From positions 2,542,001-2,606,000 of the forward strand of contig CM119380.1 in assembly GCA_051294905.1 (NCBI GenBank): DNA of 64,000 bases, read 5' to 3'. The DNA is from Botryllus schlosseri (taxonomy: Eukaryota). This document shows positions 1 through 13,969 of the stretch, one piece after another (positions within the stretch are counted from its first letter, which is position 1; the number at the start of each line of letters is the position of its first letter). Both the position numbers and the translations under genes were made by a program. The notes below the pieces were generated by a model that saw only the letters and a program-made list of their open reading frames with translations, made no database searches and was not told the origin of the DNA.

Positions 1-459
1 TGACCACAACGAAATGATCACAGGTTACGTTGTAGTTGTAGTGGTAGTATTAGCAGTAGTAGTAGTAGAAGAAGAATACAATAGCAATTAACGTATCTAT
101 GTTTCTTGGACGGCTCACTGCTAACATTGCGCAGTGATCAGTGATCACCTTTACCAACCCTCTTGTATGATTCAAATCCATATCAATTTGTTTCAACGTC
201 TCGAGGCTTCGTATTCGATCCTAATGGCTGACATAATAACAGACTGTAGCATAGCTATACAGTAAGTCGCGTATATTATTTGCGGTTCTGCGTCTGCGTG
301 ATAGACGCCTTCTTGCATGCATATTCAACTTTATAAAGTATGTGTATGTATACATTAGTTATTTGATGCAAGATAAATGGCAAATTATACTGTCTTTCAC
401 TCAGCCAACAAAATGTAATTACTTTGAATCGTCACTGATACTTCGAAAATTCAATTTGA

Positions 460-651
460 CTTGAATTGTGACTTGACTCGTGACTCGACTTGACTTGACT
501 TGACTTGACTCGAGTCACATCCAAAAAACGAGTGACTTGACTTGACTCGAGTCACTTTCGAAAATCGCTTGACTTGACTTGACTCGAGTCAAAATGTGCA
601 ATGACTCGAGATGACTCGTGACTCGAAGGTACTGACTTGATCCCAACACTG
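460..651 (-). mobile_element. End of a hAT-like non-autonomous element with GACTT/GACTC subterminal repeats
   Basis: Dense GACTTGAC/GACTCGAG repeats end in TCCCAACACTG, the reverse complement of CAGTGTTGGGA. The same terminus occurs at 15893 (+) and near 16900-16912 and 17340-17354. No partner TSD found. Confidence 0.55.
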
Positions 652-2234
652 GTGGCCAGTCGAAAAATTAGGGGGTTTGGATTTTTTTCAAATTTACCAA
701 TATAGCATCAATTCAATTAGGGGTCAAGTACATGCGTAAATGGCTATCATATAATATCTTCGTATCGACGATTTTAGGCGTATGATAAGCTTGCCGGAGT
801 CAGGCAGTGCTGCCGATTAGCGAGTCACTGATCTCTGGTGAACAATTAAATACGCGCGAGTATACGCAGTCTCGGCTACAGTTTTTGCAAATCAAAATGT
901 CCGAACTTGATTGCACCGATTTCAAACCTTTGACGTATTTCAGAACTCGAGACATGATACACATCTTCTGGTCGTTACGTTCAAGTATTAGCGGGAATCA
1001 ATTTCGCACGTTAAAGTCTGTTTGCAGCAATTTGATTATATTCAGGTTCGCGGTGTCGCTTTTTAATCAATTAGACATGAAACGATAACTAAGTAGCGTA
1101 AACTCGGCCGCATTGTCTCGAAACCAGCGAGAGACAGGAACCAAAGCATGCTAGGCTCGAGACGCGATAGTTAGGCCATAGGCCAGCAATTATATCTTTT
1201 ACTCGAGGCCTATTGCAGATGCTATTGTGTAGGCCAGCGATGGCATCGTGCACACCAGGCCGAAGCCGCCAATGCAGATTCGATTGCGCAGTTAAGCGAT
1301 GATATGGTGTGAACTGTGCCCATTGCAGATGCGACTGTTGAAGCCTGCGGAACCAGGCTCGATCGAGACGCGATAAATCAGGCTAGCGACGATTGTCCCG
1401 CGCACGGGAATGAATGACCTAATTTCGCGACCATCTCAGCGGGAGATAATCGCAGATTCTTCGCGCTAATTGACAACACGTTTCTCGCAAACCCGCCGCG
1501 CGGAACACTGATTACACAATTATTGGATTGCAACTGTAGCAATTGCAAGAGTTAGAATGATCATTTCAAAATGACGGGGTTTCGCGTTTCAAGTAGGGAA
1601 GTTCGACCCCCGAAAACCCGTGGCTACGCGCCTGGCACACGCGCGTACCGAAATCGAAGACGTCTTTAACGAGGTCGCATCGATTCGCTTGATTACTAAT
1701 TACTGGTCACAAATCACTTGGGCGTTTGAGCATTTTGCACGAGGTGGCCGCCGCCGAGTGGAATCAGGAGTGTATGTTGTGAAATTGTGAAAAGCAGTGC
1801 GAGGTTTATCGAATTTTTCCGTGGTATTATGGTGTGTGGTAGTGAAGAGGTCATGTATGTCTTGGTAGTAGAGGGTAATTTATTTAGTTGATTTGCTGGA
1901 CAATTTTGGGTTCTTATATTTGAAATTCAATATGGTGTCGTGTTTTTCACGAATCAAATTCAAGTTTAGGGTTAAGTTTGTAATATAGAGTAAATGTGAT
2001 GGGTTGGAGATTTCGAAGGAGTTTTGTTGGTGGGCTGGGCTGTGGTAATGTCGGTATCGGAATAGGTAAGAAGCAGTGAAATGAAATTAATAAAAGTGGG
2101 TATGGATAGTTCCGAATAGCTTTTTGATAGTTTTCTTTTTAAAATTGAGAGTAGAAGACGAAATAGCTTTAGGTTGCGATCACTCTCGGTTGACGCTGGG
2201 GAAATTTCAGATACTGTCGTTATGAGCAAAACCT

Positions 2235-3278
2235 GTGAAATATGCTACAAAAGACTCAAAGATAAAAATTCTTCGGAATATGAGGAGTGGAAAAACTTTC
2301 ATAAGGAAAAGGGAAAGTGCTTGTGCATTGTGCAACCATGACAAACCAAGTTCAAGCATGGAGACCGCTGTAGCAAAATTATTTGGTCTCGCTCGGTTGC
2401 CAAGCACAAGATGCGATATACAAAAATATTGTGTGATGGGGACAACAAAACTTTACAGTCTTTGAATGACATGAAAGTTTACGATGTTTCGATTGAGAAA
2501 TCAGAATGTGTCAATCACATCCACAAACGAATGGGCACTGGCCTGAGAAATTTGCCACAGGAATGTCCTCATGTCAAAGGTGTGACTGGTGGATTGACTT
2601 CAGTCACGAAGAAGATGTCAAAGGTGTGACTGGTGGATTGACTTCAGTCACGAAGAAGAAGCTAAGTAGCTACTACCGCAACCATATAAGGAAGTACGCC
2701 ACAACTTCTAATGATCCTGACGATTTTGACGAAGCTGTAAGCAAAATGAAGACCCACTGGAGCAACACAAGTACCGTCTGAATGACAATGTTGACTGGTG
2801 CACCTATAAAAATAGGTTGAACGACCCACCACTGAACCAACAGGTAAAACAATGAAAACAGTTGCCACAGTCTTTTTTGCAACACCTCCTTCTCCTTTAT
2901 AACAGGTTGTCGGAAGAATCTCTATTGAAAAGATCTATCAGTGGACTTACCCAAAACCAGAATGAATCATTCAACGCGACCATATGGCAAAGATGTCCTA
3001 TGGCAAGATACTTCGGAACTGGGGCTGTAAAACTTGCCCTGGCTCTGTCAGTACTAAGCTGGAACGTTGGTTGCAGTGGGCTCTCGAGTGTAATTGAAAG
3101 CCCGGACTTAGTGCTTTTTGTGAAAGTGTTCACTGCTGTTTTTGAAGGACATGAAAAGACGAAACGCATCTCAACGCTCTTCTGCAGTAAAAAAAAGAAA
3201 ATTCGAAGAGCTCGAGAGTCCTTAGACTCTCATCTGACTATGTCCATGGCGGCTATTGATGCCGATATTTTGTTATAG
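2235..3278 (+). pseudogene. Decayed Mutator-like transposase (animal PF20700-type)
   Basis: Motifs LCDGDNKT..., IEKSECVNHIHKRMGTGLRNL and LLKRSISGLTQNQNESFNATIWQRCP...AVKLALALSVLSWN are spread over several frames. A 44-bp tandem duplication near 2571-2658 causes a frameshift. Confidence 0.75.
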
Positions 3279-3699
3279 ATGCTTCACTGTCTGATACCAA
3301 TAAACTAATATGATCATTTACGTCATTAGCACCGTTTATATCCTTGCTTTTCGGAGTTATTGTGGTTGTAATTTTTTAAATGCGTTTTTCTCAGAACTGA
3401 CGTTTTCTATCGACAAATTCTATCTCCTCCGCACCTGCTAATCCGATTCATTTGAAATTTGGTACGAATGATGTTTAGGGTATATATAATAAATCCCATG
3501 GAGCGTTTTTTCAAAATTTTCACCAAGCAGAAATGTTGCAAAAAAGCTAAACTCAGGGTTCGCAGCCAAAAATTTCATAACACGTTTTTTGAACATCCCT
3601 TCATGGGGTTGTGGATATATGTCTGTACTATTCCTCCACCAATTTTGAAAGGAATATCTCCAGAGCATTTTGACTTCTTAGGATTTTAGTGAACGGGTG

Positions 3700-4611
3700 G
3701 TGATAATTTACAGATCAATTCGAGTTCTTGTCCCCTTGAGCCCCGTGGTTCAAAATAAAGGCCATATTCGGAAAAGAAATTTATTGCCTTTTCCAACAAT
3801 ATATAGATCATGGAGCTAGCATCTACCTTGTGGGAGATATGACCACAAACGTGAACAACTGTGAAATTCATTTCTAACTAGTAGTGCCCCCTAAACAGTG
3901 GCCCATACCGACAAACTCTTCCCTACTGAAAGAGATGGAGGATACTCGATGCAACTGGGGTCATCTATGTTACTCACCGACGAAACTTCGCAAGATTTTT
4001 GTGTGCTGCGCTATTCTGCACAGCATCTGTCGCAGAAACAACGTGCTGCTGCTGAATTGCAACCCAGTCAATGAAACCGAAGATGGTCAAGATGAATCGT
4101 CTTGGGTGCATCTCCCACCGCAATCGTATTGCGTGACAGAATCGCCAATATGATGGGAAACGAGTAGTCGACCTCATTCGCAGCGTTCTATTGCTCACCA
4201 CTCATGTTTTTACCACTGCAAGTCAATGTTGTTGACGAATTGCGGTAGGCACAGTGAACCTACCCTTACCTAATATAATAAACTTGACATACAGAAATTG
4301 AATGTTTTACGTGTAATTGAATCGATCATAGATAGAATCAACTGTAACGTAATTCATGTTGACCGTGCCGAAAGAGCAACACGCTCACTAAAGATCTCCA
4401 AGAACTTTTGTTGATTCACCACAATTTGAGCAAGCAGATCACTAATATTACTCTGCATCTCCACCATTTCTTCAGTCTCTTCCTCTTGCGTCGATTCATC
4501 CCTGCGCTTCGTCATCCCTGCGCTTCGGGAGGCTGAATATTTCGCATTAACAAAGTCCGTTACACACTCGTTCAACGATGCACTGCTGCAGCCTTCCTCG
4601 CAAGATTGCAA
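3700..4611 (+). pseudogene. PIF/Harbinger relic: nuclease C-terminus (+) with a convergent ORF fragment (-)
   Basis: LCYSPTKLRKIFVCCAILHSIC matches the Harbinger L.Y.P.K...I..AC..LHN.C motif. The opposite-strand acidic/coiled ORF 4354-4611 fits the tail of the second (Myb/SANT-type) ORF by inference. Confidence 0.55.
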
Positions 4612-7399
4612 TGCTGTCTAGGCGCCTGTGAATGCAACGACAACCAGCATTGTTGGACGACGTATTCTCAGCTAACGCCTATATTTATACGTTCAGGCTA
4701 ATGGCTATATGCGTAATAAAATTAGTGGTATCAAGCCTAGTGTGGACAGGACATTCGGCAAATAAAGCTACCTTGACTAAGATCCTGTTCCTGTGCGGTT
4801 TCTAACGGCTGCAGCTGTATCCCATCGAGGTCATCCACGTCATTAGATTGTAACCGAGACATCTGCAAGATGAACCAAGTCTGATATGAACAGCACGGTG
4901 AAACCAATAATTAGCTAAAGGCTCACAGTCATGAAAATAGAACAATTATTACCTAGCCAAAAAATGTCCGCCAGACCGGGGATTCTAACTACCTATTCCA
5001 TCCCGATCACAGATCCCTGGCCTTTTGGAGATGCTTGGAAACCTTGGCCTTGGGCCGTCAATTTCAAGTCACCCCCGTCTCTTTATAACTTTGTCGACCG
5101 TTCTAATAGTGCCTGACACGTTGACTGCATTCACCTTCAAGGAGAATGATGGATGCGTAAGACTAGTCAGAATGCCAATGCTATGCGAAATTATCATTAC
5201 CGGTACTTTTTGGAATGATAATTCACGGCTGCCGAAAATGGCCTTAGAACGATTTTTTCTCAATTTTGACTGTCGTCACCAAAGTTGAAGTTATTTCCTT
5301 TAAAATCTTTTCACCCTGATGCAGGATACCACAATTTAACACAGGGCCACAAACAACGAAAATGCAGTCTATGCAAGTAGCTACCACATAGCTGTGGATA
5401 GAGAATATATGACAGCTACACCAGTAATGGAATGTATTTGCTACGCATTACGTATGACCGTCGCTACTACACGATTCCTACAAAACTGTTGGATTCCGAA
5501 ATCGATAGGGCGTTTCAGTGTGCTGCGATGTTAACGAATAGTGCATGAGGTAGATTCGTTTGTACCTCACCAGGCTATTGTTATCTGCGATGGCATTGTC
5601 TGTAATAAAGCCGAATGTCACCTTCCTTGACGATTTCGAGGGGGGGTCTGGTGCTCTGAGACCGGTAATATTTGGATTTTCGGAATCAGTGCGACGATAG
5701 CATTTGATCAATTCCAGTCATGCATTCCGAGCTATTTATGATGAATTGGATTGTCGTAGGTGTGGCACGACCCGCCCGTGCCTATCTTTTCGCGCTATAT
5801 TTTTGAATAATAATAGTTGCATGATGTAGGATGAAAAAATTTAAATTTAGTTATTTATGTATGAACATCGATGGGAAATATCGATATAAACATCGAGGGA
5901 TTTCACTTACTCACCCGGACGACAGGTGAGGCACTGTCTCACTTGCCTCATTGGACCGCACGTCACTGCCACCCCCACACTCCCATCTGCCTCCAATAAA
6001 AATCTCCCGCGAAGAGAGAGATGCTGGTTGCATGACGCAGCTTAAAAGAAAATACATCAACCTTGGATCATTAAAAGCTGCAACAAAGAATATTACGGGT
6101 ACATTACTGCATTTATAAGAATGGATCATAACATTATGTAGAGTTGCAATGCAGGCTATGATTGTATATAATTGTCAAGGTTACATATAATTTTTTTAAT
6201 TGCCCGTGTTTTCCCATCTTCAGGTGGATGGTTGTTCGCTGACGGTGGTGATAGTAATTATTGAGAAACAGCAATTATTCTGGTAACTCTTTCGTGTACC
6301 GGTACGGTATTGTATTTTCAGAGGCAAATGGGTCGACGGCGAACAAATTCTCATGTGGTAGCTTACGACATTCACCATATCAAAGAAGCTAATGAATAGT
6401 GCGGCGGCGCGACCGGCCGTATGCACTCGCCCCGAAACGGACAAAGTCGCAATCTCGAAGAATTGCGGTTGATTTTATAATCTCCTAATAAGCACATGCA
6501 ATGCTTAAGCACGTGCAATGCTTCTAACAAAGGTTGTTTTAGATATCAAGGACCACTGTATGAGAAGGGGACATTGAAGCACACCAATCCCAATGATGCA
6601 GACTGGTCCAATAGACTACAATGCGTGCATTATGCACCTAAAACACGGAAATAGGATTTTTAGATGCCACATTGTGTGGTAGCGATGTATATCACGATAT
6701 TGTGTGGTCTGAAGTGGTATATGAATGTCTGTACTAGGGATGGTGTGAACCTCTTAAAGGTTCAGGTTCTTGTGAACGCGAACCTTTTTGAAAGGTTCTG
6801 TATGAATTCCAACCCTACAATTCGATGAGTTGATATACTAATGTACACAATACGTAGCGACAACGCGGGCCACAATGCTGAAGTGCATACTGACTTTTAA
6901 CCGTCGCCAAATGTATCAACTAGCAATCAAATAATATAATAATCCCATAAAATCAATATCTTCCGTCGATTTGCCAAGAATTTCGACGAAAACTTGCAAG
7001 GGAGTATAATCTTACCCCTTAACGGTCTAGGCCAGACCGACCCCTTAACGGTCAAGGCCAGACCGCACAATGTATTCGGCGTCTAAGTATTGCTAAATTG
7101 ATATATAGCACTTGCTACCAATATATTTCTACCGATATGATCCTATTAACAAGTTACATAGGAGTAGACAACACCCCAATCGAACGGATTTGGTTTGTAT
7201 GATACGATAAACAAATCAAATCAAGGTTGAGCCCATACGCCTGCTAAATTTGCATCAGACAACGAGGTATTCTTTATATCAATTTCATTGATTGGTTGAA
7301 TAAGCATCATTCGCCGACTAATTACATGTATAGCGAATAATCGCCGAATAATCCTGTCCTTGCCAAATGTGCCCAGTGATATACAAAGGCAATCACAAA

Positions 7400-9597
7400 C
7401 AGTGTTGCCAATTTAGCGATTTTCGCGCTAGATCTAGCGATTTTTCATCCGGTTTAGCGCCAAAAAATATGGATCTAGCGCCTAGCGATAAATCTAGCGA
7501 TTTTTGAAAAAGAATTTAGCGATTATTTAGCGCTTTTTTTCCGAAAATAACCAATAAAGATCAGTTCTGGTCGACGACTGCATTGGCTATACCAGAGGTC
7601 TCAAACTCAAATGTGCTCGCGGGCCAATTTCCTATTTTTGATGGCGCCGCGGGCCGCACCACCAATAATAGGGGAATTCAATGTATTTCAAAGTAGGCCT
7701 TATTTCCGCGTTTCGAGCATAGGTCTACTCCTGATAACTAGGCTATATTGGCATGTCATTACGGAAGTCAAATGGAATCAGCGTTTGATTTTACCTTCGA
7801 ATGTTGGAACAGATGAATAACAACTTGAACATAATGAATCTGTGCAATAACAATAGAAATGTGCAATCGCCGAAGAATCCGTTGGTGTTACAGCTGTGAA
7901 GCGTAGGCTACGACTAGTTAATACTCGCCACATTAAATTGGCGACAATAACATATATAAAGATACCCAATATGACACGAGATGTAACCAACTATACATCA
8001 AAGGGCCAACATAATGCCAATGTCGGTTGCCATACCAACACAACATGCTTAGATATCTAAATAAGCTACGCAACGCAAGCTACGACCTTTTGATATTTTA
8101 CTATGTCTCCTACCAGTTTCATAGTTTGTTCATAGTGTCCTATATGGTGTGGACACAAGCAAATCTCACGGCTCAGTGAAATTGGTCTTTGTCACACTTT
8201 CCATTTGGTCAAAGGAAATTTGTCGGTAATTTTTGACCGGCTTGTCCTGCATTAGCCTACATTTGATAAAACGGGTATCAATGGAAAGCTACCACGGTAC
8301 CTCTTGGCTATACCATTCACCAGAGTGCGGACTCCGATGATATATAATTATAGATTACTAACCTACCTACAGATATATAGTAGATACGCAACTCCTATCG
8401 GTTACGCATGGGCAAACAGTGTCTCTTCTTGCTGAGTAATCTAAAAGTAGCATAATTGGCAGTGCTACATCTGGCGACCTGAGCGCTGAAATTCAATATA
8501 ATTGGCCACGATCGAAAGCCAGTGTCGCAGTGATTCCGAAAACAAAACACACAAAACAAAATCTCGCCAGGACAACGACACCATGCACCCCGAAACAGCC
8601 CCAAAGTCCGAAAACCGGCATTGCTCCAACAATGGCACCGCCGCAACACAATGAACATAATAATGACCAATTTCGTCCAGCGATTGTTCTGATCAATGCC
8701 GATTTCAGACCCCGAGGGCCGCCTCGAGGTCGTTCCACTGTCCTGACAAGAACCCAATTCGCATTGTCGGAATTAGTGCGACACCAGTTCCCGTCCACGA
8801 CCAGATTAATTAAATTTCATACCCCGGGTCGGTCCTCGGATTATTTTCTCAAGGCCTCTACTTATAGTGGCTGGCGAACCCGGTTCAAGTCGGGTCAAGT
8901 CGCATGTCGTGTTCAAGTACTCCAACACAGTTTAGAGAAGTCAAGCGCATTTCCACAGTTGATCGCATCACGTATTCATCGAGCAAGGCACGCACGCTTA
9001 TATATTGTGCGGTTATGCCTGCAAACCTGGTTAGTGGTCACGTGTAGCGATCATTGCGCAAAGTGATCTGCTTTATCGAAATGCATCGAACGTTTTGTCC
9101 CGCTTAGAGATGACTATTACGTATTATGAGCTAGAAATATGATAAGTGACTTTGGCCCCAGACGAGGAAAATATAGCTGAGAAGAATGTATCGATATTAT
9201 GTTTCAATTAACACCTTTAACTTCGAAAACTTCTGGTGCGGAGCTGGTAGCCGACATTTAGTTGACAATTTCACATTCTCACGTAGTTATCAAATCGGCC
9301 TTATTTCCTTCCGTAGAAGCTTTCCGAAGTTTTAGTTCATTTTATAGCGAGTTCACGGTCCCCGTAGAATATGTTGTAGCCATTTTTTCCATATAAAATA
9401 CCCTTACACAATCGAGAAAGTAACCTACGGGTTTCTGAATACGGCAACCGCATACGTAACAAAGGCAGGCGACACATAGTGGTTTGATAGACCCTAATTA
9501 ATGCAGATTTAGCGCTTTTCTATCAATATTTAGCGACATCTAGCGATTTTTGACACCGGTTTTAGCGATTTTCTTTCATCCGGAGTTGGCAACACGG
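7400..9597. mobile_element. Non-autonomous hAT element with nested insertions
   Basis: TIRs CAGTGTTGCCAA / TTGGCAACACGG. 8-bp TSD ATCACAAA at 7392-7399 and 9598-9605. TTTAGCG/CTAGCG subterminal repeats at both ends. Confidence 0.9.
8350..8790. mobile_element. Degenerate copy of the foldback family best seen at 51569-52549
   Basis: Shares the TATAGAT.ACTAACCTAC terminus and the GTCGCA.TGATTCCGAAAA / TCGGAAT.AGTGCGAC inverted motifs. Further partial copies lie near 5670-5700 and 46225-46318. Confidence 0.6.
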
Positions 9598-10872
9598 ATC
9601 ACAAATATATGCAAGTAACACTTATTGATCGATTCATTCATTCTCTTTGAAAAAATTCGAGGACATGAATACACAGTTGCACAGAGATTTCATGTCGTAA
9701 TTGTGTCAAATGTAAAGCGTAGTTATTTAAGTAATTTTTTCAACGTTACCACATTGAAGTGGCTCGCGCAATGGTTCCTAAATCGCGTGTGTCCATTTGG
9801 CCGAAAAGGTTGGCCACCCTTGTCAAAATATTGAGTGCTGTCATTGTCATCTTTTTGACCTGGAATAAGTGCTATCATAGTCATCAGCCATTATTACTCT
9901 GGTAGTAATATAGGCTATATGATTTCATACTCTATTTGCCTTTCAGTATACAGTTGCGTGCCCTCATTTTTTCGGGATAATTCAGAATCACCCAACCCAA
10001 TCATAGCCTACATCTTGACACTCAAGAAATCAAGTGGACGGTGCACTTCGACGGGCTAGTGATAAATGACGTAGGAGATTTCACATAAGCTTTAGATCTC
10101 ATTTTCTCACTGTATTGGGTATTCAATATCCAGTTCGCTCCTGGTGTGAATAATACTCTGCATTTCTTGTCCATCTACATTGCAAAAATCAAAAGGGCTG
10201 CGTATGCCGCCTGCGGTCGCTTCAATGTGTGATAAAAATTGATGTGCAGCTTTGAAATTCATTTGATCATTGATGTACAAATTGGTAAGTTACGAAGTAG
10301 TTTTGCATTTTTAAGGTGTTAAAGTAGATTTTGCGTCAAGTGATTATGTTTTCAGCATACTTCATTATTTCAAAGTTTTGACGTTGTAAAGTATAAATAG
10401 TTATGGAATAGGTTTGTACTGGACCTAATAATTTACTTTCAAAGCTACATGAGTTCTTGTCAAGCCATTCATCTTCAGCATGCTGTCTTCAAGCTGCACT
10501 CATGTGGAATAAATATAGTTCCAACGCTCATGAGCTTGCCTTTACACCTTTTACCGCTTCGATATTATTGCTAATTGCCGGAATATTCGAGTAACATGCT
10601 GGGTCTGCTGCAGGCCAAGTCATGCGAATATTGTTATTGCACAATCAATTTTCTTTTTAACTGCATACTGTGCCTGAGCCTGCTGCCGTTGTTAATTCAC
10701 TGTAATGAAATGAGCCTTTTGCTATACATTTCCGAACAATCATGGCCACCGAATGCATTGGGTCTTTCGGCTTATAAGTACTGCCAGTATAGGTGCATGA
10801 TTTAGGTATAATGAGAGAAAGTTTTGAGTTTACAAGATTTTGCTTGTAACGAGTTACAAGAATGGTTTAGCT

Positions 10873-12566
10873 CAGTGCTCTTCAACCGGGGTGGTCGTAC
10901 ACCCTAGGGTGTACCAGAATTCGCAAAGGGTGTACCACTCGGATGGGGTGTACAGGGGTGTACCAGATCCAAATTACAATGAGCCGATGGCTAGCTATCA
11001 CAAATGCCGGTTTATAGGTCAGTACAGACAGGTTGACGCACAGGTTAACGAGCAATAAGGCACAATGTTATCTCAAGTGTAATACTGTGCACCGCTTGAT
11101 TGTGATGTCATAAGCAAATATTTCTTCTATTCATTTAGCCGTCGGCAATAGACCAATGGTTCCGTTTGGTGTTGTAAAGTATGCAGTTAACAAACATGTG
11201 TTCAGCTAGTCATTTGTATTTTATTGATTTGTGAGGAAACCGCCGCGATAGCTCAGACTTTTTGAATCCGTGCTTCCTACCCGACGCTAATAAATACCGC
11301 AATGCACATAAATGAAGTGACGTAGCTACTAGCTAGCCAGGGTCGAAACAGCTTCCATATTGAAATCGAAACCCTTTTGTTTTAAAATGCCGATTGTATG
11401 TCCAATCTTTCGCCATATTTAGTATTTTGTTATAAGTGATGTAAATTAGCGACAATAGACTGTGTATAGCGGCATACGATCTGAGGTTACTGACATCTCT
11501 TGCAGCCCATGTGCTACTTATATCGACTGTGTGTGGTGTGTGGCAGGCCTGGTGCGCAGTAGGCTGGTGCACCTGCTATCATCGCTGATCTGAATTACCG
11601 CTTCTGCAGCAGTAGCTTTAACTACTCTCCCCCCAATACTGTTACATTTAGGTTGAATATCGTTCGTTATATCATGCTGTTTTTGCTCTGACACGAAATA
11701 AATTCCAATTTGCGTAGGGTTACCATACCGAGGATTTGTCCTCTTTTATGACTTTTTTGAAAGTGTCCTCGGAGGACGCCCTTTTGTCTTCTTTTTTTGA
11801 GATTTTGTCCTCTTTTTTGAAAATTTAGGTCAGATTTAGAGCAAATTGATATGCCATAAATCAGCACAGAAGTGACGCTCCGGCTGGTATTTCGGAGTGA
11901 AAAACTGTGATTTTAGCTCTGAGTGAAAAGTTGACCTTTTTTTTAGTCATCCACCTAGCAATGCGGAGAGAAAAACGATATTTTGAGCTCTGAGCGGAAA
12001 TATGACCTTTTTTTTAGTCAATTGATCACCAAGTGGGAAAAATTCACCGGTTTTTTAGAATTCTTCTCCGGTTTTGCAAGTCTCAAATTTCTGAAAAAGT
12101 GTCGTCTTTTTAGATTTCCAAAATATGGTAAGCCCAAATTTGCGTGGCGGGCTGCCTAACTGGCTGCGAATAGACTCTGTGACCAAATACTATTTTATTC
12201 AAATCCAATTTTTTTGACGGCAATACCTCCGCTTCTACTGGTCGGAATTGAAGCAAATTTGAAGAACATAGTTTTTATAGACAATCTAATACTTTCATGG
12301 GGTGAACAGAAAAATTTCAAATTTTTCGTTATTTATTTTTTTATAGTAAATAGAAACTTTCCTCTCCCGTAGCAAGGCGGCTACTAGTTGGAATTGAACC
12401 AAATTTGGTGTGTAGGCTTAAGTTAGGTAACCTAACAATTTTATCAAGTAGCCAGTACGATTTGAGAAAAATAGTCATGTTTGAAGACCCCTAATGAACA
12501 GGGGTGTACGAGTTTTGAGCAAACCTTAAAAGGGTGTACCACGTCGAAAAAGGTTGAAGAGCACTG
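10873..12566. mobile_element. Non-autonomous hAT (Buster/Charlie-type)
   Basis: TIRs CAGTGCTCTTCAACC / GGTTGAAGAGCACTG. TA-centred 8-bp TSD GTTTAGCT at 10865-10872 and 12567-12574. Confidence 0.92.
11715..12136. mobile_element. hAT MITE nested in 10873-12566
   Basis: TIRs TAGGGTTACCATA / TATGGTAAGCCCA. TSD AATTTGCG at 11707-11714 and 12137-12144. Confidence 0.88.
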
Positions 12567-13063
12567 GTTTAGCTTCTTGTTTAGCTTGTACTAGAAGAAT
12601 GGTTTAGCTTCCTGTTTAGCTTGTACTGAGTTACAAGAATATAACCCTGTATAAGCTTGTCTTCGAGTCCAGCATATTTTTTCTTGTAAATTTACAAGAA
12701 TATAATTTAATTTTTACAGTTTAGTGAAGTAATAAACGCGGACGCTTTTTGTAGCATGTCATGTAGTACAATCAGCTCCAAAATATCAAGAACAGAAGAC
12801 AGCTTCAGCGACAGTCCATTTGGCTGGATCGGTATGTAATTGCCATGCTGAATATCAAGAATTGTCATTTGATAACAATGTTATTTTTGCAGCACGCGTT
12901 CAAGATCCTTTGGAACAAATCCAGGACACTTTGGCTAGAATGGAGCCTATGATACTGGAAATACTGCAGAGCATGATAAGCAAAAGAAAAAAACAACCAT
13001 TAATCACAATTAATTGCTGAAAATATTATCCCAGTGCCAATAGCTAGTAAAGTGGGTTTAGAG

Positions 13064-13969
13064 CAGGGGTTCTCAAAGGGTGGAATTTGAGGTAAACCAC
13101 AGAACTATTTGGAAAATCGTAGAATTACTAAAAGTTCGGTTTCATTTTTTATGTTCAGACATTCAAAAATATATATTCATATTATCGAATTATACGTTTG
13201 ATGCATAAAGCTTTTTATTCGACTCAGATGAATGAGACTTAGTGAGTGGGACGTATATAGTCACAATGTACAGTGGCACGCATGGAGTCACAATGTAGAA
13301 GTCGAAATGGGAGAGGAAACGGCGGCTTTTGTCCCCCGGGTTATGACAACCTGCGGCCAACAGCAACGAACATAATTTCGATGATATGACTGGACGTTAA
13401 TACTGAATTAACCAAGTATTCCAGCAGGGTCATGCGTCGTCGGCCCTTAAAAGGTGTGTGTGCATTAAACTCGGACTGAAGTGCATTTGATGTAGATTTA
13501 CGGTACTATAGCAGGTCGTATTATAGTAACATAATAGCCATAATTGCAATTTATTATCAATTTTCAACTTCCTGTGTAAGTATACGGCAGTACCGCAACG
13601 AATTGTAATTGATTGAGGAGTTAGCGCAGCACATTATTAATCTTCGGAGTCGGTCTAAAAATGTCCGGCCTTGAAATTATTGTACATTATGTAGAAGTAA
13701 CATTAATTGATTGTATAATTGGATATAATATTCTGACCACGCAACTTCAACAGGTACAAGACATATACAGCTAGTATATTGAAAAAATATATCCCCCACA
13801 TCTCTGTAGTATCCCATTCGCCTAAGAATTGTTAGAAGCGGGCCAGAAATAAGCATATCGGCGGCGACGACTACAATCATTAAACAGGACTATGACTCTA
13901 AGATGTGGGCCGCAGAGCATTTTCAATCCGGAAAATGGGCCACAGCCCGAAAATGGTTGAGAACCCCTG
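13064..13969. mobile_element. Non-autonomous hAT (Buster/Charlie-type)
   Basis: TIRs CAGGGGTTCTCAA / TTGAGAACCCCTG. TSD GTTTAGAG at 13056-13063 and 13970-13977. Confidence 0.92.

Noticed and set aside
8530-9066. 178-aa ORF as a gene
   Set aside because: It runs through a foldback-family palindrome inside a hAT MITE and has no recognisable domain.
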